Assembly (NCBI GenBank): GCA_019358935.1
Contig: JAHHIK010000039.1
Location: 1 to 64,000 of the forward strand
Source: Tolypothrix carrinoi HA7290-LM1
Lineage (GTDB): Bacteria; Cyanobacteriota; Cyanobacteriia; Cyanobacteriales; Nostocaceae
Direction of reading: 5' to 3'
DNA: 64,000 bases
Shown here: positions 51,140 to 60,935 of the stretch, in pieces
Layout of the letters: every line of letters starts with the position of its first letter
How positions within the stretch are numbered: the first letter of the stretch is position 1
Notes under the pieces: generated by a model
The model's database searches: none
Seen by the model: only the letters and a program-made list of their open reading frames with translations
Told to the model about the DNA's origin: nothing
Position numbers and translations under genes: made by a program

Positions 51140-52153
51140 ATGACTGATGTTGCCGTAATTGGTGCTGGGATGGCAGGTTTAGTATGTGCCCAGCAGTTAA
51201 GTAAAGCTGGATACACAGTATTAGTGCTGGAAAAGTCCCGTGGTTTGGGGGGACGAGTTGCGACACGTCGTTTACATAATACTTGTGCAGATCATGGAGT
51301 GTGTTATTTAAAGCCAAAAGGTGAATTGTTGAAGCGTTTTGTTGAGTTGTTGAGCCGCCATCATATTCTAGAAGTATGGACAAACGAGCCAGAGTCAAAT
51401 TATATTGCACCTGAGGGAATGAGTGCGATCGCTAAGTTTCTCGCTCAAAATTTAGAAATTTCCCTCAATCAACGTGTCGAAACTATTGCCCCAATCGATA
51501 ATAAATGGCGTCTCACCTTTGAATCCAGCGATGAAGAATTAACCGCTGCATCAGTAGTTGTCGCTATTCCCGCACCTCAAGCTTTCACGCTATTAGCACC
51601 TTTAGGCGATTTAGTCAATAAAGCTTTTTTAGATAACTTGCGTTCTATAGAATTTTACCCCAGCCTGACTGTTATGGCTGGGTATCCCGCCGACTCGCAG
51701 CCACTTCCAAAGTGGAAAGCTTTAAGTTTTGTTGACAATCCTGATTTAGCGTGGATTGGTTTAGATAGCAGCAAGCGTCACAATTCTCAGCAACCGCTTT
51801 TTGTTATCCAAAGTAGTGCTGATTTTGCCCAACGTTATTTAGAATCTCTCGATTTACACTTAGCCGCACAGCAAATGTTGCAAAGCGCAAGTCAGTCTGT
51901 GCAACTTTCTTGGCTGGCTACTCCCGAATGGATGCAAGTACATCGCTGGCGTTATGCTTTTCCTCGCAATCCTTGGGACAAAGCTTTTTTATCTGCGGAA
52001 AGTTTTTTACCTTTGGTGTGCTGTGGTGATTGGTGTGGTGGCAAACTTGTTGAAGGTGCGATGCTTTCAGGATTAGCCGCTGCTGAGGAAATTAACAATC
52101 AGATGAGAAATGTACCTTTAAGCGGCTTAAATTTTTTAGAATTTCTTAATTAA
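51140..52153 (+). CDS. Renalase-like NAD(P)/FAD-dependent oxidoreductase
   Basis: VIGAGMAG, EKSRGLGGRVATRR, DHG, HRWRYA.P, CGDW..G..VEGA..SG; the upstream ORF extension is repeat DNA. Confidence 0.9.
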   Translation: MTDVAVIGAGMAGLVCAQQLSKAGYTVLVLEKSRGLGGRVATRRLHNTCADHGVCYLKPKGELLKRFVELLSRHHILEVWTNEPESNYIAPEGMSAIAKFLAQNLEISLNQRVETIAPIDNKWRLTFESSDEELTAASVVVAIPAPQAFTLLAPLGDLVNKAFLDNLRSIEFYPSLTVMAGYPADSQPLPKWKALSFVDNPDLAWIGLDSSKRHNSQQPLFVIQSSADFAQRYLESLDLHLAAQQMLQSASQSVQLSWLATPEWMQVHRWRYAFPRNPWDKAFLSAESFLPLVCCGDWCGGKLVEGAMLSGLAAAEEINNQMRNVPLSGLNFLEFLN

Positions 52154-52702
52154 TCATTTAATCTCTGGTTCAATTAATTTGCAATGATAGTAAGTTGCTA
52201 GGCTTGTAGCTTACATAATTCATTCGCAATAAATTTACAGTGCTTCTGGTTGCATCATCCACAGAAGCGCAGATTTTGGGTTTGCAATTTCAAAATGCTA
52301 AGGAATGTAAATTACAAAAAAAGTGGAAACTCATTCAACCTTTTTTTATAATTAATATTTCTTGTTAGTCGCTGGAATTGATCCCTATGAGTTTATGATG
52401 CATTTTGTGTAGTTTTGAGGCAAATATTCATAAATTTGAAATAATTGGCATTATCGGTATAAAGGACTTACACTTAATAAGTGTAGTGAGCATTGTTTTC
52501 AGGTTTATACTGTGAAGTACAAACTTGAACTTAGATAAGCGCAGTAAGTTTTCTAAGACTGTAACTGAAGAAAAAATTAGTTTTAGGGTTTAAGCATCTA
52601 ACACTCAAATTTCTTCTAACTTCATTGTTACGGTGAGATTTGCATTGAGAAATTTTCTCTGATTGACAAATTATTAGCTGGATAAAAAGGAACTAAAACG
52701 TT

Positions 52703-53077
52703 ATGCAAACAGTAGTGAAATTAACACCGCAATCAGTTTTAGGAGAGATTGAAAGCGTTTTGGATACTTATCCATACAATCCTTATCAACAAGCTTTTGC
52801 TATTGCTGATTTGCGCCAAGAGTTAATTTGCTTTGTTCTGAGTCGCATTCCTTGTCTTTACAGTGCAACTGATGATAAATCGCTTCCTGAGTACCAGCTA
52901 GACCAAGAGTGCTTGTTAAACTTTAAGTTACCTCGCAGTCCTTTAGAACAAACACTGTATTTGCAAAATATAATTCACCAAGGCATTTCTTCAATCATGA
53001 AAGAAAAATCAGATTGGATTAGCGATCGCCTTGAAACAGTCCAAGTAAATTCTCAACCATCATACTGGTTTGGTTGA
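52703..53077 (+). CDS. ComFB-family protein
   Basis: E.ESVL..YP..PYQQAFA..DLRQELI.FVLSRIP.LY pattern of cyanobacterial ComFB-like proteins. Confidence 0.65.
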   Translation: MQTVVKLTPQSVLGEIESVLDTYPYNPYQQAFAIADLRQELICFVLSRIPCLYSATDDKSLPEYQLDQECLLNFKLPRSPLEQTLYLQNIIHQGISSIMKEKSDWISDRLETVQVNSQPSYWFG

Positions 53078-53126
53078 ATCAAATTAATAGTAAAGACGTT
53101 CCACCGGAACGTCTCTACCGCGCATC

Positions 53127-53465
53127 CTAACTTTTACCCTTTAACGGGTCGTGTCCCCAATTCATTAAAGAATAACGCCAGTTTGTATCCTCAACATCAC
53201 CTTCAGGCTGCTGTGCTGAGTGACGATGTACATAACTGACGACTTTTTTCATGTGCGATAAATCATCGTCTGTGTAGTCATCTTTTTTCTTGTGCAATAA
53301 TTCAACGATGCGTTTACCGGATTTATGTCCGATTGACTCATCATCATCTTTTTTTTGTCCTACAGATTGAGATTCCTCTGTTTTCAACCAAGATTCGAGT
53401 TCCTTTGCTGTCATATTCACAGAAGCGTGAAACTCGTCAATCGCTGATTTGACATCTTTACTCAT
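53127..53465 (-). CDS. DUF3140 domain protein
   Basis: F...VNMT..EL..WL.T.ES..VG...ESIGH.SG..I...W.YSL.NWGHDP. Confidence 0.9.
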   Translation of the reverse strand: MSKDVKSAIDEFHASVNMTAKELESWLKTEESQSVGQKKDDDESIGHKSGKRIVELLHKKKDDYTDDDLSHMKKVVSYVHRHSAQQPEGDVEDTNWRYSLMNWGHDPLKGKS

Positions 53466-53474
53466 AACGCTAGA

Positions 53475-53690
53475 TTATTCCTCAATTTTGTCAAGAGAAC
53501 CAGGTTTGTGTGCTGCTTCTTTGCCGGTTTTATCGCTTTTAACCAAATACTCAGGATTATCTTTTGAGGCAGCGACGTGATGTCCTTTAATCTCTGTGGA
53601 TGAGGTGAGTTTCTTTTCCACCTCGCCGGTGGTTTCACCTTGGGAAGTTTTCCACTTAACTTTGTCACCTTTTTTCAATTCGTCACTCAC
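53475..53690 (-). CDS. DUF2945 (HVA1-like) protein
   Basis: GDKV.W.T.QG.T.G.V......IKGH.V.AS.D.P.Y.V.SDKTGK.A.HKP. Confidence 0.85.
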   Translation of the reverse strand: MSDELKKGDKVKWKTSQGETTGEVEKKLTSSTEIKGHHVAASKDNPEYLVKSDKTGKEAAHKPGSLDKIEE

Positions 53691-53786
53691 GGGTTTTTCC
53701 TGTTGAACGTTTTATACCCGTTAATTATGTTCACGCTATCAGGAAAAGTAATCAGTCGCTTGACAGAAGTTGCATTCGCAAATCTG

Positions 53787-54096
53787 ACCTCTCTCCAAAC
53801 CTCTCTCCTACGAGGAGAGAGGCTTTGATTTTCTCCCCTTCCGTCGTCGGAGAGAGGCTTTGATTTTCTCCCCTTCCCTCGTAGGGAAGGGGTTGGGGGT
53901 TAGGTCTGTTATTCAACTGCAAATCGCTATATATCGAACTGACGTAAAATCAATTGTGTGCAATAGACCTCTCTCCAAACCTCTCTCCTACGAGGAGAGA
54001 GGCTTTGATTTTCTCCCCTTCCCTCGTAGGGAAGGGTTGGGGAGCCAGTGCGTTGGGCGGCTCTGCCGACTTGAAGCACCTGGCGTGGTTAGGTCT
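53787..54096. repeat. Two copies of a palindromic GACCTCTCTCCAAACC...GGGTTAGGTC dispersed repeat
   Basis: Copy 1 (53787-53906) has an internal duplication; copy 2 (53966-54096) carries the 45-nt insertion. Confidence 0.85.
54042..54086 (+). mobile_element. 45-nt structured repeat element
   Basis: GAGCCAGTGCGTTGGGCGGCTCTGCCGACTTGAAGCACCTGGCGT; absent from the sister repeat copy. Confidence 0.85.
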
Positions 54097-54342
54097 GTAT
54101 TGACATATCTACAAATTTCAACCTGTCGGTGCGTGATGCCAGATGTAAGTTGTGGTAAGCTAGGCGTTCGCACTTGCCTATCGATTAAAGGCGAACCTGA
54201 AAAGCCGTATCCAAACGTATAACTTAGATGTTGCGCTATCAGATATACGAACTATTATTAAGTTTGGCGAAAAGTGTGAATTTGCTGCTTTGAGTAAATT
54301 TCTCAAAGCGGTTGACGGTGACGAAATTATGAGACTGTGGAT

Positions 54343-57300
54343 ATGATTCAAGTTGGTTCATTGGTGCGATCGCGCAATAACAATCTGGGAATAGGCAAAG
54401 TTACTCAAATATCCGAGCAATCGGTAGTTGTAGAATATTTTTGCTCGTTAGGAAAGCAAATTCAAAACACGTTACCTTTAATTTCGCTGTCTCAAGTCAG
54501 AATTCAGCGTCAAACTCGCTGTTATATCAAATTAGACAATGAAGATAGATGGGGAATCGGCAGAATTTTCACTTGGGATGAAGACAACGATTTATATCAA
54601 GTTGATTTACCAGATAAAAAGACGGTATTAGTAACTGAGCAAGAAGTTTACGTGCGTTGCGATTTACCGATTGAAGACCCAATTGATATTTTAGCAATGA
54701 AGGGTCAAGAAACGCCGTACTTCCACGAAAGACGACTTGCTTTAGTTAATTGTTTGATGTCGCAACGCGCTGTCAGTCGGGGAATGACAGGCTTACTTTC
54801 TGCTAACATTAAGCTTTATCCCCACCAAGTTGAAGTTATCCGCAGAGTCCTAGAAGACCCAATTCAACGCTACTTACTAGCAGATGATGAAGGATTGGGA
54901 AAAACGATTGAAGCGGGTGCTATTCTGCGCCAATATTTGTTAGATGAACCGCAGGGAACAGCTTTAGTAGTAGTACCGCAATATTTGCTTGAACAATGGC
55001 ATCAAGAGTTAGAAAATAAATTTTATATCTCGCATTTTCCTGATAGAGTGAAAGTGGTAGCGGTGGAAGATGTGCAGAAAATTAACCGCAACGCAGATAT
55101 AAATTTCGTAATTTTCGATGAAGCTGATAAAATCGCGGCAATGGCGTATTCATTTGACGCATCACAACGCCAGCGTTTTGCGGTATACAAACACATAGCT
55201 CATAAATGCGATCGCCTGCTTTTACTTACTGCCACTCCACTATTAAACCACGAGCGCGATTATCTGGCGATGCTACATCTGTTAGATCCTGACATCTATC
55301 GGATGGATGATTTGCAAGCGTTTCGCGCCAAGGTGCAAAACCGCGCTGCAATTGGTAAAATTTTACTTTCTTTGGAAGATGCAGATCCTCTTTGGAAAGA
55401 CAACTTAAATCAACTTTGCACGCTTTTTCCCAAAGATGCTTACTTGCTTGATTTAGCAGACAAATTAGAAACACAAACAGCCACCGACCAAGATAAAATT
55501 CTCAGAGAAATTCGCACGCACATCAGCGACACCCATCGACTTCATAGACGAATTCTCCGCAATCGTCCTGCTTCGGTAGAAGATGTAATTTGGGAAAGAA
55601 ATATTTCACCCAAAGCCGAGTATGATTTAGATGAGCGTTCAATAGACATTCACGAATCAATTGAAAAGTGGCGTAGCCTTGCTCCCAACGAAAAAGAGTA
55701 TCAGCGCATATTTCTGCTTTTATTTCTCGCTTCTGGTACTTGGTTGGGTCTTTTAGAACAGGTTATCACGGCACGCTTAAAGAACGTAGCTCGCAAAGAG
55801 TTAATTCAAGACTTTGATGAAGAAACCATAAACACGCTTACCGATACCCCGAAATTTGCTGGGGAAGAAGAGATATTAGAGTCTTTGTTGAAAATTGTTC
55901 GACAACCGTCAGAAGATGGCGATCGCATCGAATTACTCAAAACAGTATTACTCTACCACATCAGCGAACGCTTTAACCTACAATCTTATCGTTCAAATCT
56001 CAGCAAATTACTCGAACAAGTACAGCGACGGATTACAAGACCAATACCAGGTGATACACTACCAAAAATTGTTGTATTTACCAGCTTTCCCCAAGTTGGT
56101 GCAGAAATCGTTGGTTGTTTGAGAAGCAGTTTTGGTAAAATTACTGTCGCTACTCATCAAATCGGACAAACTCACGCTGAAATTGAAAAAAACCTTAAAC
56201 AATTCAAAAACGATCCAAAGTGTTTTATTCTGGTTTGTGATTCTGCTGGCGAAGAAGGTCGTAGTTTACAATTTGCCGACTGGATAATTCATTTTGACAT
56301 TCCTTGGTCGCCAAATCGCCTGGAAAAAAGAATTAGTAGAATAGACAGCATCTACAATACACACAAAATTGAGTTAACAGTATTTGCTGGTGCAGATTTA
56401 GAAGATAGTCCCCACGATGCTTGGTTTCGTTTGTTAAAAGAAGGTTTGACAGTCTTTCAACGTTCAATTACCAGTCTTCAGTTTTATGTAGATAAAAAAT
56501 TGCCGCAACTCGAAGCAAAGCTGTTTGAAAATGGCGCAAATGGACTAATAGAAATTTTAGAACAAATCCAAGATGAAATCGCCGCCGAAAAAATCAAACT
56601 GAGCCAGCAAAACGTTTTAGACGAGATTGATATTCTTGATGAAGATGCTATTCAGTATTTTACAGCATTAGATAATTATGATGCTCAATATCAACAAATA
56701 CAGCGATGCGTAGAACAATGGATTTGTGACGCTTTAGAATTTAAGCAAGTTTATAAAACCGATTTCACTGGAATACAGCGCTATCAACCAACAATGCGTA
56801 CCTTAGTTCCAGTAGATGAATTGAGAACTTACTTCAACACTTTTGCAGAGACATTTGGTACTTTTAACCGTAAATTAGCAAATGAAAATTCTGATATCAA
56901 TCTCTATAGAATTGGTGAAGAATTTATTGAGTCATTAGCATCATACATTCACTGGGATGACAGGGGTCAAGCTTTTGCACTCTGGAGATTTGATAAATCT
57001 TGGGATAATAGTGAAGGTAAGGAATGGTTTGGTTTTAGATTCAATTACATAATTGAAGCCAATTTAACTTACCTCAAAGAGGATACCAAATATCAGATTC
57101 TCAAGCGACGCGCTGATGGCTTATTTCTGCCAAGAATCGAGTCTATTTTCGTTGATGTTGAGCGTATGTCTCTAGTGCAAGATGAGGAATTATTAACTAT
57201 TTTGCAGCGTCCTTATAAAGGTAAAGGTGGCACTCAATACCGTGATTATAACTTAGCCAAAAGTCGATTATCAATAATTGATAACTTTGTTGAAGCTAAT

Positions 57301-57636
57301 AACTGGCAAGACTTTTGTTATCAAGCACGTCAAACTTCTTTGGAATTACTTGAGCAGCGTCCTGATTTTGTTAAATTGTGCGAAAAACAGGCGACAATTG
57401 CTGAAGATAAACTAAATAAGCGCGTTGAACAATTACAACTGCGGCTTAATCAACTTGTTGAAAACAAAGAAAGGTCTAATTCGGAACTAGAAGAGGAAAT
57501 TGAGACAGAAACTGACTTAATACAACTAATAATAGAAGGAATTCGCCATCCTTCTATTCGTCTTGATTCTGTTGGTTTTATTGTCGTTTCTGGACATCCT
57601 CCAACTCAATCTGAAGAAGAAAGCGATAATTCGTAA
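54343..57636 (+). CDS. DpdE-like SNF2/RapA-family helicase-domain protein with degenerate motifs
   Basis: N-terminal GSLV....LGIGKV...VEYF..., LYPHQVEVIRRVLEDPIQRYLLAD..GLGKTIEAG, LLLTATP, GEEGR.LQFAD, WDDRGQAFALWR. Confidence 0.75.
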   Translation: MIQVGSLVRSRNNNLGIGKVTQISEQSVVVEYFCSLGKQIQNTLPLISLSQVRIQRQTRCYIKLDNEDRWGIGRIFTWDEDNDLYQVDLPDKKTVLVTEQEVYVRCDLPIEDPIDILAMKGQETPYFHERRLALVNCLMSQRAVSRGMTGLLSANIKLYPHQVEVIRRVLEDPIQRYLLADDEGLGKTIEAGAILRQYLLDEPQGTALVVVPQYLLEQWHQELENKFYISHFPDRVKVVAVEDVQKINRNADINFVIFDEADKIAAMAYSFDASQRQRFAVYKHIAHKCDRLLLLTATPLLNHERDYLAMLHLLDPDIYRMDDLQAFRAKVQNRAAIGKILLSLEDADPLWKDNLNQLCTLFPKDAYLLDLADKLETQTATDQDKILREIRTHISDTHRLHRRILRNRPASVEDVIWERNISPKAEYDLDERSIDIHESIEKWRSLAPNEKEYQRIFLLLFLASGTWLGLLEQVITARLKNVARKELIQDFDEETINTLTDTPKFAGEEEILESLLKIVRQPSEDGDRIELLKTVLLYHISERFNLQSYRSNLSKLLEQVQRRITRPIPGDTLPKIVVFTSFPQVGAEIVGCLRSSFGKITVATHQIGQTHAEIEKNLKQFKNDPKCFILVCDSAGEEGRSLQFADWIIHFDIPWSPNRLEKRISRIDSIYNTHKIELTVFAGADLEDSPHDAWFRLLKEGLTVFQRSITSLQFYVDKKLPQLEAKLFENGANGLIEILEQIQDEIAAEKIKLSQQNVLDEIDILDEDAIQYFTALDNYDAQYQQIQRCVEQWICDALEFKQVYKTDFTGIQRYQPTMRTLVPVDELRTYFNTFAETFGTFNRKLANENSDINLYRIGEEFIESLASYIHWDDRGQAFALWRFDKSWDNSEGKEWFGFRFNYIIEANLTYLKEDTKYQILKRRADGLFLPRIESIFVDVERMSLVQDEELLTILQRPYKGKGGTQYRDYNLAKSRLSIIDNFVEANNWQDFCYQARQTSLELLEQRPDFVKLCEKQATIAEDKLNKRVEQLQLRLNQLVENKERSNSELEEEIETETDLIQLIIEGIRHPSIRLDSVGFIVVSGHPPTQSEEESDNS

Positions 57637-57643
57637 ATTGTGC

Positions 57644-57678
57644 GAGAACCCCGGTTTCTTTGAGAAACCGGGGTTCTG
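57644..57678. terminator. Palindrome between the convergent DpdE-like gene and rbcS
   Basis: AGAACCCCGGTTTCT-TTG-AGAAACCGGGGTTCT. Confidence 0.6.
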
Positions 57679-57743
57679 GGTTTAAAAAAATTGTAGGGTG
57701 TGTTACGCCGAAAGTACAGCACCACTAGCTAGCTTTTACTTTT

Positions 57744-58079
57744 TTAGTATCTGCTGCTGCCGGGTTTGTGAACGATAAAGCTGAGAACTTGGCACTGCTT
57801 GATGTTGTCAAAACCAACTACACGAACAAAGCAGTTGTTGTATTGAGAACGGCAGCTTTGAACTTCGCTCAACACTTCTTGAGTAGATTTAGCACCAAAT
57901 AAAGGCAACTTCCACAATGTCCAAAAGAATGTTGTTGGCTCGGAAACTTCGTTAAATTCCACTGCGGGAATGTAACCTTGGTCTAAGATGTACTGCACTT
58001 GCTTGGCGATTTGAGCGTCAGACAGAGGAGGCAGATAAGAAAGGGTTTCGTAACGACGCTCTTTTGGTAAGGTCTGCAT
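57744..58079 (-). CDS. rbcS: RuBisCO small subunit
   Basis: [19 protein letters not shown]...WTLWKLPLF. Confidence 0.99.
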   Translation of the reverse strand: MQTLPKERRYETLSYLPPLSDAQIAKQVQYILDQGYIPAVEFNEVSEPTTFFWTLWKLPLFGAKSTQEVLSEVQSCRSQYNNCFVRVVGFDNIKQCQVLSFIVHKPGSSRY

Positions 58080-58209
58080 AGTTGGTAATAAAGGATGGCT
58101 TTGACTACAAAGGTGTTGGTTGTTAGTCGGTAATGGGCATTGGGCATTGGGCATTGGGCATTAGGCTTTTCCCTTTTCCCTTTTCCCCTCTTCAAATTCC
58201 CACTAACGA

Positions 58210-58614
58210 CTAACTCGATGAATTATCCAAATTTGGATCTGAAGCTGCTTGTTCTGATTCTGGGCTGGGTATCGACATATTTAATTGCGTAATTCGCTCT
58301 AGATGCTGGCGACGGTGTTCTGTATTTGCTTGGCTTATGCCGATACGAATCATTTCGGGTAAGAAGTCGGTGACTTCGTTGGCGATATGTTCCCTAACGG
58401 TCATGATCCGCAAAGCCAAATCTGGCTTTTCTCGAAACAGACTTTGAATGTAAGTTTCTCCATCCTGAATTTTGTCGGCGGAAAAGTTGTGCAGCCAAAG
58501 CGCCAAGGGAGGATTCGTTTCGCCAAGTTGAGTTAGCACCGTCCGCACTGCTTGATAAGTTAGGTAGCTAGAGAGCGTCTTAACTGTATCCTTTGCAATT
58601 TGTTTTAAATCCAT
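58210..58614 (-). CDS. rbcX: RuBisCO assembly chaperone RbcX
   Basis: MDLKQIAKDT..TL.SYLTYQAVRTVL.QL.ETNP. Confidence 0.98.
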   Translation of the reverse strand: MDLKQIAKDTVKTLSSYLTYQAVRTVLTQLGETNPPLALWLHNFSADKIQDGETYIQSLFREKPDLALRIMTVREHIANEVTDFLPEMIRIGISQANTEHRRQHLERITQLNMSIPSPESEQAASDPNLDNSSS

Positions 58615-58714
58615 GCTTGACCCAGACCAAAAGAGTTATGAGTTATGAGTTATGAGTTATGAGTTATAAATTAATTTAACTCCTAACTCCTAACTTCTAA
58701 CTCTTAACTGAAAA

Positions 58715-60145
58715 TCAGACGGTATCCATTGCCTCGAACTCGAACTTGATTTCTTTCCACAGTTCGCAAGCAACAGCTAGTTCGGGCGACCACTTACAAG
58801 CTTCGCGGATAACATCGTTACCTTCGCGAGCCAAGTTGCGTCCTTCGTTACGTGCTTGGATACAAGCTTCTAAAGCTACGCGGTTAGCGGTAGCGCCAGG
58901 AGCGTTACCCCAAGGGTGTCCGAGAGTACCGCCACCGAATTGTAGTACGGAGTCGTCACCGAAGATTTCTACTAGTGCGGGCATGTGCCATACGTGGATA
59001 CCACCAGAAGCAACTGCCATTACACCAGGCATAGAAGCCCAATCTTGGGTGAAGTAGATACCGCGTGACTTGTCTTGCTCAACGTAGTTTTCGCGCAGCA
59101 AGTCAACGAAGCCCATTGTAATACCGCGTTCACCTTCTAACTTACCTACAACGGTTCCGGTGTGGATGTGGTCACCACCAGACATCCGCAAGCACTTAGC
59201 CAATACGCGGAAGTGGATACCGTGGTTCTTTTGACGGTCGATAACGGCGTGCATAGCGCGGTGGATGTGCAGCAACAGACCGTTTCTGCGGCACCAGATA
59301 GCCAAGGTGGTGTTAGCGGTGAAACCTGCTGTCAGGTAGTCATGCATGATGATGGGCATTTTGAGTTCTTTAGCGAACTCAGCCCGTTCCAACATTTGTT
59401 CACAGGTGGGAGCGGTAACGTTGAGGTAGTGACCTTTAATTTCACCTGTTTCAGCTTGTGCTTTGTGGATGGCTTCTGCTACAAACAGAAAGCGATCGCG
59501 CCATCTTTGGAATGGTGCTGAGTTGATGTTTTCGTCGTCTTTGGTGAAGTCCAAACCACCGCGCAAGCATTCATAAACCGCACGTCCGTAGTTCTTCGCG
59601 GACAAACCGAGCTTCGGCTTAATGGTACAACCCAACAACGGACGACCATATTTGTTTATTTTGTCACGTTCAACTTGAATCCCGTGAGGAGGACCTTGGA
59701 AAGTCTTCAAATAAGCAACTGGAATCCGCAAATCTTCCAAACGCAATGCACGCAACGCTTTGAAACCAAATACGTTACCTACAATCGAGGTCAACATGTT
59801 GGTTACAGAGCCTTCCTCAAACAAGTCTAGAGGATAAGCAACGTAGCAAATGTACTGATTGTCTTCGCCGGGAACTGGTTCGATGTCGTAGCAACGACCT
59901 TTGTAGCGGTCAAGGTCGGTTAACAAGTCAGTCCATACTGTTGTCCAAGTACCAGTGGAAGACTCAGCAGCTACTGCTGCACCAGCTTCTTCCGGAGGAA
60001 CTCCAGGTTGTGGAGTCATCCGGAATGCTGCTAAAAGGTCTGTATCTTTAGGTGTGTAGTCTGGGGTGTAATAAGTTAATCTGTAATCTTTTACCCCAGC
60101 CTGATAACCTGATTTCGACTGAGTCTTCGTTTGCGCGTAAGACAT
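58715..60145 (-). CDS. rbcL: RuBisCO large subunit, form IB
   Basis: [10 protein letters not shown] active-site motif. Confidence 0.99.
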   Translation of the reverse strand: MSYAQTKTQSKSGYQAGVKDYRLTYYTPDYTPKDTDLLAAFRMTPQPGVPPEEAGAAVAAESSTGTWTTVWTDLLTDLDRYKGRCYDIEPVPGEDNQYICYVAYPLDLFEEGSVTNMLTSIVGNVFGFKALRALRLEDLRIPVAYLKTFQGPPHGIQVERDKINKYGRPLLGCTIKPKLGLSAKNYGRAVYECLRGGLDFTKDDENINSAPFQRWRDRFLFVAEAIHKAQAETGEIKGHYLNVTAPTCEQMLERAEFAKELKMPIIMHDYLTAGFTANTTLAIWCRRNGLLLHIHRAMHAVIDRQKNHGIHFRVLAKCLRMSGGDHIHTGTVVGKLEGERGITMGFVDLLRENYVEQDKSRGIYFTQDWASMPGVMAVASGGIHVWHMPALVEIFGDDSVLQFGGGTLGHPWGNAPGATANRVALEACIQARNEGRNLAREGNDVIREACKWSPELAVACELWKEIKFEFEAMDTV

Positions 60146-60610
60146 ACTTTATCCTTCCAACAAGTCAATCTTTTTTACAAGCAAATTACGTTCTGTGCAA
60201 CTTCCCCTCACCCCGCTTTTTCCCCCCAACAAGCAGGAGGAATCCGGAAAATTTTTCTTCAGGGTTGCTTTTAACAATGGGTAGCGGTTTTTTAGATTCA
60301 CACTTAGCTAGGTTAGTAATCTTCCTCACCAGTGCAATTCAATTGCTATAAACGCAAGATGCGCGTATATTCCATCGTCCCACGATTGTAAATTCTTTAT
60401 CTCTTCTTCGCACTCTACTAAACATAGCTTAACTAAGCGATCGCCTTTTTCTTTGTAAATTCACAGGTAAAGCTTGGCTTGTATACATTACCGCCTTTCT
60501 TACCCCATACATCTTTACCCCTTTCCAGGCAACAGACAAGGAGAAACTTTTTTTAGAGCTGATTTAGCAGAGTCCTCAACGAAAGACAAAAATTGCACAC
60601 CACGTAATTT

Positions 60611-60630
60611 GTATCTTGTTCCACAATATA
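60611..60630 (-). promoter_or_regulatory. Candidate rbcL promoter: TATATT -10 box immediately followed by an NtcA-like site
   Basis: Minus strand TATATT-GTG-GAACAAGA-TAC; resembles the NtcA-repressed rbcL promoter layout known in Anabaena. Confidence 0.55.
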
Positions 60631-60935
60631 TCAAGAATTCGATAAGTTATTCTTCTAATCTTCTTAACTCTTTTATTTAAATTTGTTATTTAATGTCATA
60701 ACTTAACATTTTATTAAGATGTATTTACAAACTATAAGTCATAATAGTACCGCCTTATCAAAAAAACCTGCTTTAGAAGCATCTGGGCTAATACCCAGGC
60801 AAACTTACTCGGTTTCTAGGAAAATAACCTTGTTTAGCAACCAAATACTGACATAGAAACCAAGTTTCTAGGAAAGGCGTGCGTAAGTCCTTTGAGCTAA
60901 AATTGTAAAGTTTTCTTGAGTGCTGAGGAGCGAGA

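Noticed and set aside
57744..60145. Absence of rca and ccm genes next to rbcLXS
   Set aside because: Linkage of these genes varies among cyanobacteria; not informative from one window.
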